Below, piece after piece: positions 53,693-64,000 of a DNA stretch of 64,000 nt. How positions within the stretch are numbered: the stretch's first letter is position 1; the number at the start of each line of letters is the position of its first letter. Origin of the DNA: Xylographa opegraphella (Eukaryota); NCBI GenBank assembly GCA_022813865.1, contig JALDZX010000058.1:62001-126000 (forward strand), given 5' to 3'. Under the pieces are notes generated by a model. The model worked only from the letters and a program-made list of their open reading frames with translations. It searched no databases and was not told where the DNA came from. The translations under genes were made by a program, and so were the position numbers.

Positions 53693-55732
53693 TTACTTTC
53701 GTTTCGGACCGATTTCCACTTTAATGAGTGAATCTTTACTCTCTTGCAGCATTACCCATACTTTTATACCTCGGGCACTATTCGTTACTGCATCTTCCTC
53801 TCGCCCATGTTGCTTGCCGGTCTTCACCTCAACCCGAGTTCCACGCTCCTTTGACGTAATCTTTACTTGCATTTGAGGCTTTGCAGCTGTACGGTACGTC
53901 ATAGTTCCAGATGCTGGTGGCATGATCGACCGGAACACGTCCCGCGAGCCGTCCCCTGAAAGATCTAGGGGCTCCAAATCCTCATCGTCCTCGTGACCGC
54001 ACTGAGCGAGAGTGTGCGTTGCACGTCCTGAAGATTTAGCAGGACCAATAAATTGTAGCTTGGCAGATGGTGGATCCGGCTCTGTGTACTCCCGTTGCGT
54101 ACAAGCTCTCTCTAATTGTTCCACGAGATGACTAGGCTCGTATCTCATGTCATTGTGTCCATAGTCAGCAAGAGGATGGTTCACACGTCCCCAAGTCGAC
54201 ATCTTCCTCGGCTGTCCCTCTGTGTATGACTGGCCATCATGCGAAGATTCTTTATCAACCATAGCCAGCTTCCACCATTTCCACCTCTTGTGAGATGACC
54301 CTCGACCTTGTGTTTGGTTGTAGGAACGCTGTGATCGAGGTCTTGGAGCAGTGGCCGCGTATTTCTGTAGACTATGTCTTCGAGCCCTGTCCTTGGGAAC
54401 TGTGCTATGTGTTTTGCAAAAAGACTTGCTATGTTGTTCGTGCATTTCGCGGAGGAAAATTTCGTACCGATCATTGCTGCAGATATGTCTCTCCTTAGAC
54501 GGAATCATCGGACTCGAAACTGAGCGTCTGATGGCGGATCCCGGAACGTGGTCCTCATCGCCAAGGGGAAGAAGCCGTTCAGTAGTATAGGTGCAGGCTC
54601 GTGGCCGTGGATGATGAGTTGGCGTCTCAAATTGGGACTCCACTCCTGGGTTACTAATGAAGTGCTTCTCAGTATCCGAGCCGTCTCCTGAGGGATAGAT
54701 AGCATCAGTGGAACTATACCTTCCATCGTATCTACGGAGATGGTACGACCGCGTCCCACTACCTATGGTATCAACCTCTGGAACACGAGATGTGAAAGAG
54801 TCTTGCGCTGTGTTGGCATGCTTCAGGCCAGGCCTGATGGGTGCTTGGATTTCCGTACTCTGCCTTGTGAACCGTGCGAAACTTTCTCGGTCCAGCTTGC
54901 CTGTTTGGGTTTCAAGTCTGTTGTCAAAGAACTCTGGAACCGAACTTCGAGGTGTCATGGTCTCTGCAGTATCGTCTCGCCCTTGTAATGCCCGGTCTAT
55001 CATTTCCCCAATTTGCTCTGCGATACTCATTTTTTGTGTGAACAGCTTCGCTGTGGGCGAGGGATGTTGGGTAGAGACCTTCCTAAGCATTGGTCTTTTA
55101 TTTGGCCACATCCCATCCTGGTAACCATTGGCGGGTGTAGGCCTTGCAGTGGTAGGCTCAGGGCTTCCAGTATTATCTCCTATAGCCTTTCCTGAACGAG
55201 CAGCTACGTTCTGTTTGATTGTCTGCTTCCATGATGTTTCCCGTGAAAGTCTAGGCAATGGAGCTGCAGATTGAGATTGTAAAGCGGTTTTTTTCGGTCG
55301 TTCGATATCTGGAGGCGTTTTGCTTCCGTGCCCTAGAACTGCAGTATTTTTATGTCGAAGAGCGGAGGTACTAATGACGATGCTATGGTTGCGTACTACA
55401 TCAGGCACGATTTCCTCTCCGTGCTGAGGTGAATCGTTCAAGATGTAGTCGGCAAGTTGCGCATGGGACTTCGGGGAATTTTGTCGGTCTGGGGAGCGTG
55501 AACCTAATACCGAATGTGATCTCCAATCAGGAATCAGCTTGCAAGGCGGCGTTGGTGTCACAGGCGTATGGGACCGAACAACATCCAGATTGTCCCTCGT
55601 GGCATTTTGCAAAGCTTGTATACGCGCAGCAACAGTGCCTTCTTCAACAATTGGACCAGTGGCTTCGCAATAAGGCGAATGATGTCTGACGACTGAATGG
55701 CCGAGAGATCTGGGAGTGCGCGGCTCTGTCAT
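53693..55732 (-). CDS. Hypothetical, largely disordered protein
   Basis: Uninterrupted ORF of about 680 codons; short structured-looking segments VAARIQALQ and RWKWWKLAMVDK; start uncertain. Confidence 0.65.
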   Translation of the reverse strand: MTEPRTPRSLGHSVVRHHSPYCEATGPIVEEGTVAARIQALQNATRDNLDVVRSHTPVTPTPPCKLIPDWRSHSVLGSRSPDRQNSPKSHAQLADYILNDSPQHGEEIVPDVVRNHSIVISTSALRHKNTAVLGHGSKTPPDIERPKKTALQSQSAAPLPRLSRETSWKQTIKQNVAARSGKAIGDNTGSPEPTTARPTPANGYQDGMWPNKRPMLRKVSTQHPSPTAKLFTQKMSIAEQIGEMIDRALQGRDDTAETMTPRSSVPEFFDNRLETQTGKLDRESFARFTRQSTEIQAPIRPGLKHANTAQDSFTSRVPEVDTIGSGTRSYHLRRYDGRYSSTDAIYPSGDGSDTEKHFISNPGVESQFETPTHHPRPRACTYTTERLLPLGDEDHVPGSAIRRSVSSPMIPSKERHICSNDRYEIFLREMHEQHSKSFCKTHSTVPKDRARRHSLQKYAATAPRPRSQRSYNQTQGRGSSHKRWKWWKLAMVDKESSHDGQSYTEGQPRKMSTWGRVNHPLADYGHNDMRYEPSHLVEQLERACTQREYTEPDPPSAKLQFIGPAKSSGRATHTLAQCGHEDDEDLEPLDLSGDGSRDVFRSIMPPASGTMTYRTAAKPQMQVKITSKERGTRVEVKTGKQHGREEDAVTNSARGIKVWVMLQESKDSLIKVEIGPKRK

Positions 55733-56147
55733 CGTAATTTTTTTCACGACAGAATATCTTTGGAGTGGTTCCAGTGCAGGACGATGACTGTACTGCAGAG
55801 CTCAATATGTGGGTAATGAATGTTCAAACAAACGATTCGGTGATTTACGCGTTTGTTGTAAACCTAAGGGGGTTCGTAATCGATCAGAAACATACACATC
55901 GTCTGACAAGAAGTGTGAGAGACTTAAATACTCGGGTAATCATAAGACACATGATTTGGTGGCACTGTTAACTAACATCAATACGAGTAGGCAAGTGAAA
56001 GAGGAAAACATAGGTACGTATCACATTGACTCCGCGATTGAACGATGATCACAAACGGAAGGTTCAAAATGATAGCAAGTGCGACCAGAAGGGCTGCATC
56101 ACACGCTTTCCATTGAGCAAAGCTAGCAATAATTTACAAAAATGCAG

Positions 56148-57097
56148 TCAGCGCAAGGATGCTTGCAAACTCTCCAGCACCTATGGACACAATCAGTAAA
56201 TTTCAGCGCTCAACCACCAAGCATACTAGTCTTACCTCAAGCTCGATTTTCGCTTCTGCAACGTCTTGCTCACTGCCGCTTCCACCTGCTATCTTCTGGG
56301 CCTCACTAATCTGAGAACGAACAGCCTGAAAAAAATCAAAATCTTTATAACTCATCTTGTACTGTTTCGGTTCTTGCATACCTCCGCGCTAAAATCTTCC
56401 AGAGGAAAGCCCTCCACGGCGTTGATGCTGAGTTGCGAGTTTGGCTGGACAATAGCAAATCCTCCGGACACTGGGATCGGTGGATATCAGCATTGCCTAT
56501 TTGATTCCTGATAATAGATTCCAATCGTTGCCCGAGCAGATTATCATTGGCAATGATAATGCCAGTTAAGCCAACTTACAAAAGAATTGTTTGCTTCCAC
56601 CACTCTCTTCAATGATCTCCACCAGACCGGGCTTTAATTGCTCAATTGATGGAACATGATTCGCAAGGACACCCATCTCCCCAGATTCCGCGGGGATATT
56701 GACTTGCACGCTGGGTGTACAGTTCGTCAGCTTGGCGCTTAGGAGGCACATACAGTAGCTGGCTATCTTAGCTCATGAACATACACATCAGTAGATTTGT
56801 AGATAGACTAAACGATGATATCCGATCAGTAAGCCTAAGTATACATGACCAATTGATTTTTATGTAGGCATGACCAATTGATTTTTATGTAGGCATGACC
56901 AATTGATTTTTATGTAGGGAAATAGTCACTGACAATAGATGAAAACGTCGAGGATGACTTACCTGATGGGGAAGTGCCAGTGTCAATTTGATCTTATCAG
57001 ATACTGCTTCAGCATATCCTCGTCGCTGTAGCGACGTTCTGATTGCTGACTGATAAGTGCGAGAAGCCGTACGGACCATACGTAAGGCGTTCATCAT
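56148..57097 (-). CDS. ATP16: Mitochondrial ATP synthase delta subunit, 6 exons
   Basis: Presequence..RRGYAEAVSDKIKLTLALPHQ|SIYKSTDV|VQVNIPAESGEMGVLANHVPSIEQLKPG..SGGFA..AEAKIELE|VLESLQASLR*. Confidence 0.96.
56844..56918. repeat. Three exact 25-bp tandem repeats in ATP16 intron 1
   Basis: catgaccaattgatttttatgtagg x3. Confidence 0.95.
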
Positions 57098-57365
57098 GTT
57101 GTGCTCAATTGACCTTAAATGCCAGGTTGAGATTTAATGGCGAAAGCTGCACGATAGAGCCAGTCACGTGAACCTGTTCCCAAATCTAGTACTTCAGGAA
57201 GGCTTTGACGCGCAGCGAATTCCTCGGCTAACCCTCGCGCACGCCCGTAATTGCCCTGTTGTACCACGTGTCAACTGTTTTGTCACTATTCCCTGGGTGA
57301 CCCCCGCTCCTCATATTCCAACTAGTTGTTTTACTACGAATATTAATGGATATCTTTTAACGTAT

Positions 57366-57608
57366 TGTTAGAATTGGAGTCTATAAGCTCGAGTCCCCGA
57401 AGGGGGCCCCGGGGGCGGAGTATGGCTACCTGGGGATAAAAGTCTTTGAAAAATGGGCGAAAACCCTGCGAGCCTTCTTTGTTTTTTTTTTTTTTCTTTC
57501 GAACCTTCTCTGTTACGTTCGACACAGGACGCTGGCCTGTACGCATCGCTTGGCAATGCTTGGCAATTGCTTGGCGAACCCAGCCCCTTTATATAATGGT
57601 CTTCGGGC
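57366..57608. mobile_element. LTR-like fragment into which the gypsy element appears to have inserted
   Basis: Starts TGTTAG; contains repeated cttggc motifs, a poly-T run and TATATAA; ends exactly at the gypsy 5' LTR. The other end is not visible. Confidence 0.4.
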
Positions 57609-57857
57609 TGATAAGGTTCTGACCAATGTTGTGTGAAACAAGGGTCGGTGAAACCTTATTCTGGTTGCCTCCTTTGTCTTAATGGCCTCCCTTGGGAGGC
57701 ATGGGAGGCATTTTAGAACAGGATTTTTATATAAAGTGGAGAATTTCCTTTATTGTAAAAGGCGTGTTCAATTTATATTATGATTTTAAATTAATAGGCT
57801 TTAATACAATATTGTACGAAAATTATTACTCTTGAAAAACAATCAGTTTACCATTAT
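57609..57857 (+). repeat. 5' LTR of the chromovirus (3' end approximate)
   Basis: Aligns with 63597-64000 after removing the solo-LTR insertion; less mutated than the 3' copy. Confidence 0.75.
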
Positions 57858-60800
57858 ATATTTTTATTTATTTATTAACGAATTCAATTTAAATTATTAA
57901 TCGAATTATATTAATAAAAATTAAAATCGTAACACTTTAAACATTTTTAAAACAAATGTATCAGGAGTACGACCAAACTCAATTTCAAGCGTCGCAAAAA
58001 ATAATAAATAAATACTATAAAAATTAATCGTATCAAGGTAAAAAAACCCGATAAATATAAAGAAAATAGAAATCACCTAAAGAACTGATTTATACAAATA
58101 AATACATTTTTCGAGTTTTAAAGTAATGGTGTTTTAAAATTAAAAAAATCACTTTTCGTTATTATATATATATACGAGAACAAGCTTAGAAATAGATCGC
58201 TTTTTATTTTAAAAAATATCTCGAGGATTTTAACGACAAAAACTTTAAGTAGTTAAAAAACTTTGCGACATTTAAAATCGAAATCAAAAGAATTTTCGAA
58301 TTATTAAATAAAAAAATAGCAATACGAATCATATAGCATTTTAGATAAATTTTTATTATATAAAATACTCGACTCGATTTTAACAGTTTGCGACTCAAAT
58401 TAAATAAAACAACGGCGTTTTAATAATAATATACCGCAAGGGATTTAAAGACTCGATAAAAAATAAATGAATAGAAACTAATGCCGTAATCGAAAGTATA
58501 AATCAAATAATCGAGATATACATAAAAATTAATAATAAACTGTACGAAAAAGTTATAAAACGTAAACACGAAATTAAAAATACAACAAAAATTAATTATT
58601 AAAAAACGATTTTAAAGCAAAAAAAATAATATAAAACGCCAAACTTTTATCGACCAATACCAATAAAAATAAATATATTTTAAAAGTAAAAGCAGGGATT
58701 TGAAAAACAGCACTCACAAGGAAAAAAACAAAGATTATCTATTACGTATATAAATAAATCGGCCACATTACTAAAATTATCGATCAAAGAACAAAATACT
58801 TAAATTATAAATAAATATATATTTAAAATATTCGATAAAGTCGAAATTTAAAAAAAATAACCGGCTATTTTGATACAAGGAAAAGAATACAAAATTTACC
58901 TTAATTTTAAACAATCAGGTCAGTATCAGCAAAAAACACGAAAAAGTTTAAAAAACCAATATTTAGCACAGAAAAAACAGCCCTTAAATAAAAATTAATG
59001 ATAACGAAAAAAGCAATTTAAATATTAATAATTTACAAATCGAGGAAGATTTTGAGAAACAGAATATTGAGCTAAACAATCTCGAAAATTAAATTTATAA
59101 AAAAATTAACAAGTTAATAACCGATAAAAACTAAAAAAATAAATATATAAAAACATCGAGTAAATTCGAAATATTTATATTATAATCGAATATGTCATAA
59201 TATTTATACAAACACGTACTGCAAGGTTTATTAAAAAGATTATGATTACAATAATTATATAAGAAGAATTTATTGTAGTATTTAAATTTAAAATAAATAC
59301 TTTAAAAATAAATGCCCGTGACACTTTCGAGAAAAACGAAAATATTTATACTTTTTAAAATATATATAAGAATTTTGCAATAATTTTATTGTATACGAAA
59401 CTCGCTTAAAAAACGACTACGGATATTCGTTATAGCAATAGTATTTTTATAAAGAATATATAATATATATAAAAATTAAAGAAATCCACGGCTACCTCGA
59501 ACAGAAATTTTTTTTATATGTTATAGGAAAATATATAAAAATTAATATACTATACTTTAAAATATACTAAAAAAATCAGACTGTATAAATTTTATAAAGA
59601 TTTTAATTAAAATAACCGATCACCGAACAACCGTATTATTAAATATTAAAATTAATTCGAATTATATATTTAGCACTTTCGCGAAAAGCTGCGATTTCAA
59701 GTTTTTAATTTTAAAATAAATTTAAATAATAATGGCCGACGAATTATTAAGAAAAAAAGAAAAACGATATGCAAAATCACTTTTTATTGCGATTCATTAA
59801 TATTATAAATAAATAATTTTTAATATAATTATTATGGTAAAATATTATATTATTCTAGGTTTATTTTAATAAATTAAGCACAACGTGTTTTTAAACTGGG
59901 ACAGAAAAGTATTTATTAAAAAGTATATCAACTGCGTTATTAATATATATTTTATACATCGACAGAGAACGGTAGTAAATAAAGAAAAGAATCGAAAATC
60001 GATCAAGATTATAAAATTTTTATTTTTAAATAAAATTGATCTTACTCGAGGATTCGACTCGATACGCATTAATAAAAGTTAGCAGAACAAAATAAGTTAA
60101 AATTTAAAAAAAACCAATGCACCTTTTAATATTCCTAAAAAGCATAAAGTATAAACATGGTTTTTTTATGGAAAAAAAGGGCTTAATACTTTATTTAAAT
60201 ACCAACCTTGAAACTGTAAAATCAACTTCGAATCAGGGAAAAAACTAACATTTAAATCTATATACGATATGTTAAAGAAAGAACTTCAAGAGTTTCGTAA
60301 ATATATTAATAAAAATTTAAAAAAAGGATTTATACGTAAATCAAAATTTTCGACAGAATATTTCGTAATATTAATACCTAAAAAAACGAAAGTTTGAGAC
60401 CTTGTATTTATTATCGAAAGTTGAACGATGTTATTATTAAAAATCGATATTCTTTACCGAAAATTAACGAGATACGGGACAGATTTAGCAAAATAATATT
60501 TTTATTAAATTTAACCTTAAAGGCGTATACAATTTAATTAGAATAAAAAAAGACGAAAAATGAAAAACTGCATTTCGAAATAAGTATAAATACTACGAGT
60601 ATCAAATAATGCCCTTTAAATTAATTAATATATTAACTACTTATTAAGTATTAATTAATAATATATTAAAAACACACTTGAATTTAACGATAATAGTCTA
60701 TTTAAACGATGTATTTATTTACTCAAAATTAATAAAGAAATATATAAAGTATGTATTAAAAATATTTATACATCTAGGAAAAACAAGATTGCTTTTTAAA

Positions 60801-62130
60801 TTAAAAAAATATAAATTCCGTAAAAATGAAGTAATTTTTCTAGAATTTATAATTAGTAAAAACGGAATTAAAATAAACTCGAAAAAATACGAATTATACT
60901 CGAATAGTTTTAATTAATAACAGTAAAAAAAATTCTAAAATTTGCAAACTTTAATAAAACTTTTATTAAAAAATTACTTAAAAAAGGCGATACCTTTAAC
61001 GAATTTGGTATATAAAAATGTAAACATTAAATAGAATTCGAATCAACAACGAGCCTTTAATATTTTTAAAAAAAATTGTACAAAACTACCAGTTTTAATA
61101 ATATTCCAGGTAAAAAAATTTAGAAAAATCAAAATAAACGTATTAAACTTAGCCGTAAAAGCATGTCTGCTATAAATATAAATTAAAAAAATGACACCTT
61201 ATTGCATATTATTTAAAAATAATATTACAAGCAGTGTAAAACTATAATATTTACGACAAGGAATTACTCGTTATAATAGTATTTATTTAAAACTGAAGAG
61301 TATATATAGAAAATTGCTTAAAACTTATTATTTATATAAATTACAAAAATATATTAAGCTTTACGACAATAAAAGTATTTAATAAAAGATAAGTAAAATA
61401 GACAGAACTTTTAAAATTGTATAAATTTAAAATTGTATATATATCAGGCAAAGATAATAAAAGAGCAGATATATTTAGTAGAAAAAAAACCTTATAAATA
61501 AAGAACTAATAAACGAAGTATTGCTGAAATAAAATAACAATAAAGCTTTTATTTTTATAAAATAAATCGTAGCTTTCGAACTAAAAACGATTACAAAAAA
61601 TCTAACAGAACTGTTAACAGAAGAAATAATTAAATATTATTACGATGAATTAACGAATGGCCACCCAGAAATTATTAAAATAATAAAATTCATAAGAAAA
61701 AACTATAAATTTTCGAATATAAAAAAGCATGTAAAGGAATATATCAAAAAATATATATTGTGTCAAAAAAATAAATCAACAAGATATACAGTATATAAAA
61801 ATTTTCAATTTTCAAACGTTTTAGAAAAATTATGGGAACAAATCTTAATTGACTTTATTATTAAATAATTGAAATTAAAAGATTTAACTACAGAATTAAA
61901 GTACGATCCGATAATGATATTTATAAATAAATTTATTAAATACTCCATTATCGTATCTTTTAAAAAAACATTTAAAGCGGAACAACTAGCTTTTCTTTTA
62001 TTAAATAAATTAATAAAAATTCATAGGTTTTCAGCAGGAATAATATTTAATAAAAACAAACTATTTATATCGATTTCTGGAAAACTTTAATGTTTGAACT
62101 AGAAGTTAAATTAAAAATATTGATCGTTTA

Positions 62131-62321
62131 TGTTAATTGGTAGAAGCATCACTTGCTGGTAGGCATAAAGGAATACCTGAAGGCTAGTTATATTTATGTA
62201 TAGCGTAGTTCAGTACTAGCGTAGGAGGTATATGTCACGTTCTCGTGGCCTATACCGAACTTCACCGAATATACGATTACTGTTGCCCCCGCCCTGATCC
62301 AAATACACGTGCCTTTTAATA
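62131..62321. mobile_element. 191-bp solo LTR inserted in the gypsy integrase
   Basis: TGTTAA...TTAATA termini; TSD GTTTA/ATTTA; removing it restores a degraded STAYHPQTDGQTE-type integrase motif; higher GC than flanks. Confidence 0.75.
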
Positions 62322-63099
62322 ATTTATTATTTATAAACAGATAATCAAACGAAAGGAATAAATTAAAGTTTGAAAGTGTATTTACGATACTTTATTAATT
62401 TCAAATAAAATAATGGAATATTATTATTGCCTTTGGGGCAATTAGCACTAAACGACAAACAATTTACAATAACGAAAATATCGCTTTTTTCGCAAATACA
62501 GAACGATATTCGAAATTTTTTAAAAATAAAAAATTTAAACCTAATACTAATAAGATAATAACATTAATCAATGAATTAAAGAATACGCACGAAGCGTTAT
62601 TAAAAAATCGAATAAAATAACGATAAAAAGCTGCTGTAAAATATAAAAATACGACAAATAAACCTTAGCTAAAGAAAGGGAATAAAATATTTTTTAACAA
62701 ATAATTTAATAATTAATAAAAATCGAAGCAAAAAACTCGATTATATCAAGGTCGGATTATTTTTAATCAAGCAAGTCAAAGAATTAATCAACTACCTTCT
62801 CAATCTGCTAAAAAAAATGCGAGAGTACACTCAGTGTTTTATATTTTATTATTAAAATTAGCAGACATAAGTATTTTATTATAAAAAACCTTTCGTTACA
62901 ACAAAAAAACATAGGAATTCGAAGTAAAAAGAATCCTGGACAAGCAAAATCAGAACTATTTGGTCAAGTAAAAGGGATACCCAGAATTAAATAATACTTG
63001 GGAACCACTTACTAACCTTGGGAACTGCCAGGAATTTCTTTAATAATATTACCAAGTAAAGTCAAAATCTCAAAAAAAGAAACTTTCAAAGTCCCAGAA

Positions 63100-63540
63100 A
63101 AAAAAAGGGAGAAAAAGTTTGAAAAAAATCGTTGGTAAAATTTTTCGCCTCTCAAAGTTTATTGTTTTTTAGGGCTTCGATGTTAAATATTTTACGCTAA
63201 AATATTTCCCGTTCCTCATTTTTATTATTTAAAAATCGACGCTTTTTACGGCTTAAAGCTTGTAAAACCTGATTTAAAGTTTATTTTAATTTCACTATTC
63301 GACGTTTTATTTTATTTTTTGTTTTTTTAAATCACGACGATCAACCTTTATAATAATCAAAAAATAACGAGTTTTGACCGCAATATGGTTTACGCAAAAC
63401 TTCGACTCCGAAGAGATCGTATAAATTAAATACTTTTTAATACAGCGAACACAAAAATGCATCGTGAACTTTCCTTTATCACGAATACTGTACGATTAAA
63501 CCTTTCGGCGATAAACGCTTGTTAATTTATATTTTGGCAT
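63100..63540 (-). pseudogene. RIP-degraded antisense accessory ORF of the retrotransposon (Zn-cluster-like plus coiled coil)
   Basis: ATG 63540: MPKYKLTSVYRRKV*SYSIRDKGKFTMHFCVRCIKKYLIYTISSESKFCVNHIAVKTRYFL..., then a helical segment ..EEREIF*RKIFNIEALK; 3' end approximate. Confidence 0.6.
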
Positions 63541-63596
63541 AATATAAAAAAACTGCTGGAATTCTTTCGGAGTAAAAATCTGGCGGAAAAAGTTGG

Positions 63597-64000
63597 TAAT
63601 AAAATTCTGACCAATGTTGTATAAAACAAGGATTGGTAAAATTTTATTTCAATTGCCTTCTTTGCCTCTGTGACGGCTATGACATCAGTCACAGGTAATA
63701 GGGGTCGGGCTGGATCAGGACTAGCACCTTTAGTATATANTCTCGCCCATGGAGCAGCCTCACCGCTTCTCCATCTTAATCTAGGTTGAAATCGTCCACC
63801 TAAAGCTTACGTTCTAGGCGTGCTTGTGTGGTGAGTTGATGAGCCGTAACAGCCTCCCTGAGAAAATATAAAAAACATGACCTCTTTATTTTAATGGCCT
63901 CCCTTGGGAGGCATAAAAGGCATTTTAAAATAGAATTTTTATATAAAATAAAGAATTTCCTTTATTGTAAAAAATATGTTCAATTTATGTTATAATTTTA
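63597..64000 (+). repeat. 3' LTR of the chromovirus (interrupted, truncated by window)
   Basis: Matches the 5' LTR with G>A and C>T changes. Confidence 0.85.
63669..63851. mobile_element. 183-bp solo LTR, copy 2, inside the gypsy 3' LTR
   Basis: TSD GCCTC on both sides; differs from copy 1 by 6 transitions plus one N. Confidence 0.92.

Larger units (their letters stand above)
57609..64000 (+). mobile_element. RIP-degraded Ty3/gypsy chromovirus LTR retrotransposon (runs off window)
   Basis: Paired LTRs (57609 TGATAAGGTTCTGACCAATG / 63597 TAATAAAATTCTGACCAATG) with a purine tract before the 3' LTR. Relic CCHC knuckle near 58740, RT IVYLNDVFIYS near 60700, RNase H NYNIYDKELL near 61240, integrase relics at 61650-62400, chromodomain EFEVKRILD..YLVK*KGYP...TWEPLTNL at about 62915-63050. 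Confidence 0.93.

Noticed and set aside
56844..56918. CRISPR-like array
   Set aside because: Repeats are contiguous with no spacers and lie in a eukaryotic intron

Overview
Intron-rich, gene-dense genomic DNA from a filamentous ascomycete (Pezizomycotina; inferred from gene content, short GT-AG introns with CTRAC branch sites and RIP-like AT-rich repeats). About 18 protein-coding genes can be assembled by hand: CE4 polysaccharide deacetylase, CFT2/CPSF100, copper amine oxidase, APC-family permease, BTB protein, RPC1, GUF1, a DUF2457-like protein, SAR1, PP1/GLC7, an LRR protein, an Rdx/SelW-like protein, eIF3a, NAT3, ATP16 and several hypotheticals. There is also a decayed two-domain pseudogene at about 1.8-2.8 kb. 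Two transposon nests are present: 28.9-30.0 kb (nested solo LTRs around a 50-N gap) and 57.4-64 kb (a RIP-degraded chromoviral Ty3/gypsy element carrying two solo-LTR insertions). The most notable observations are: (1) a cryptic 99-nt intron in the PP1 last exon that would switch the C-terminus between a CDK-site (TPPR) tail and a short KFGRR tail; (2) an antisense Zn2Cys6-like/coiled-coil ORF inside the gypsy element; (3) a 183-bp solo LTR whose two complete copies both lie inside other LTRs; (4) a missing AG acceptor before a conserved 48-nt permease exon. All gene names come from my recognition of motifs; no database search was run.
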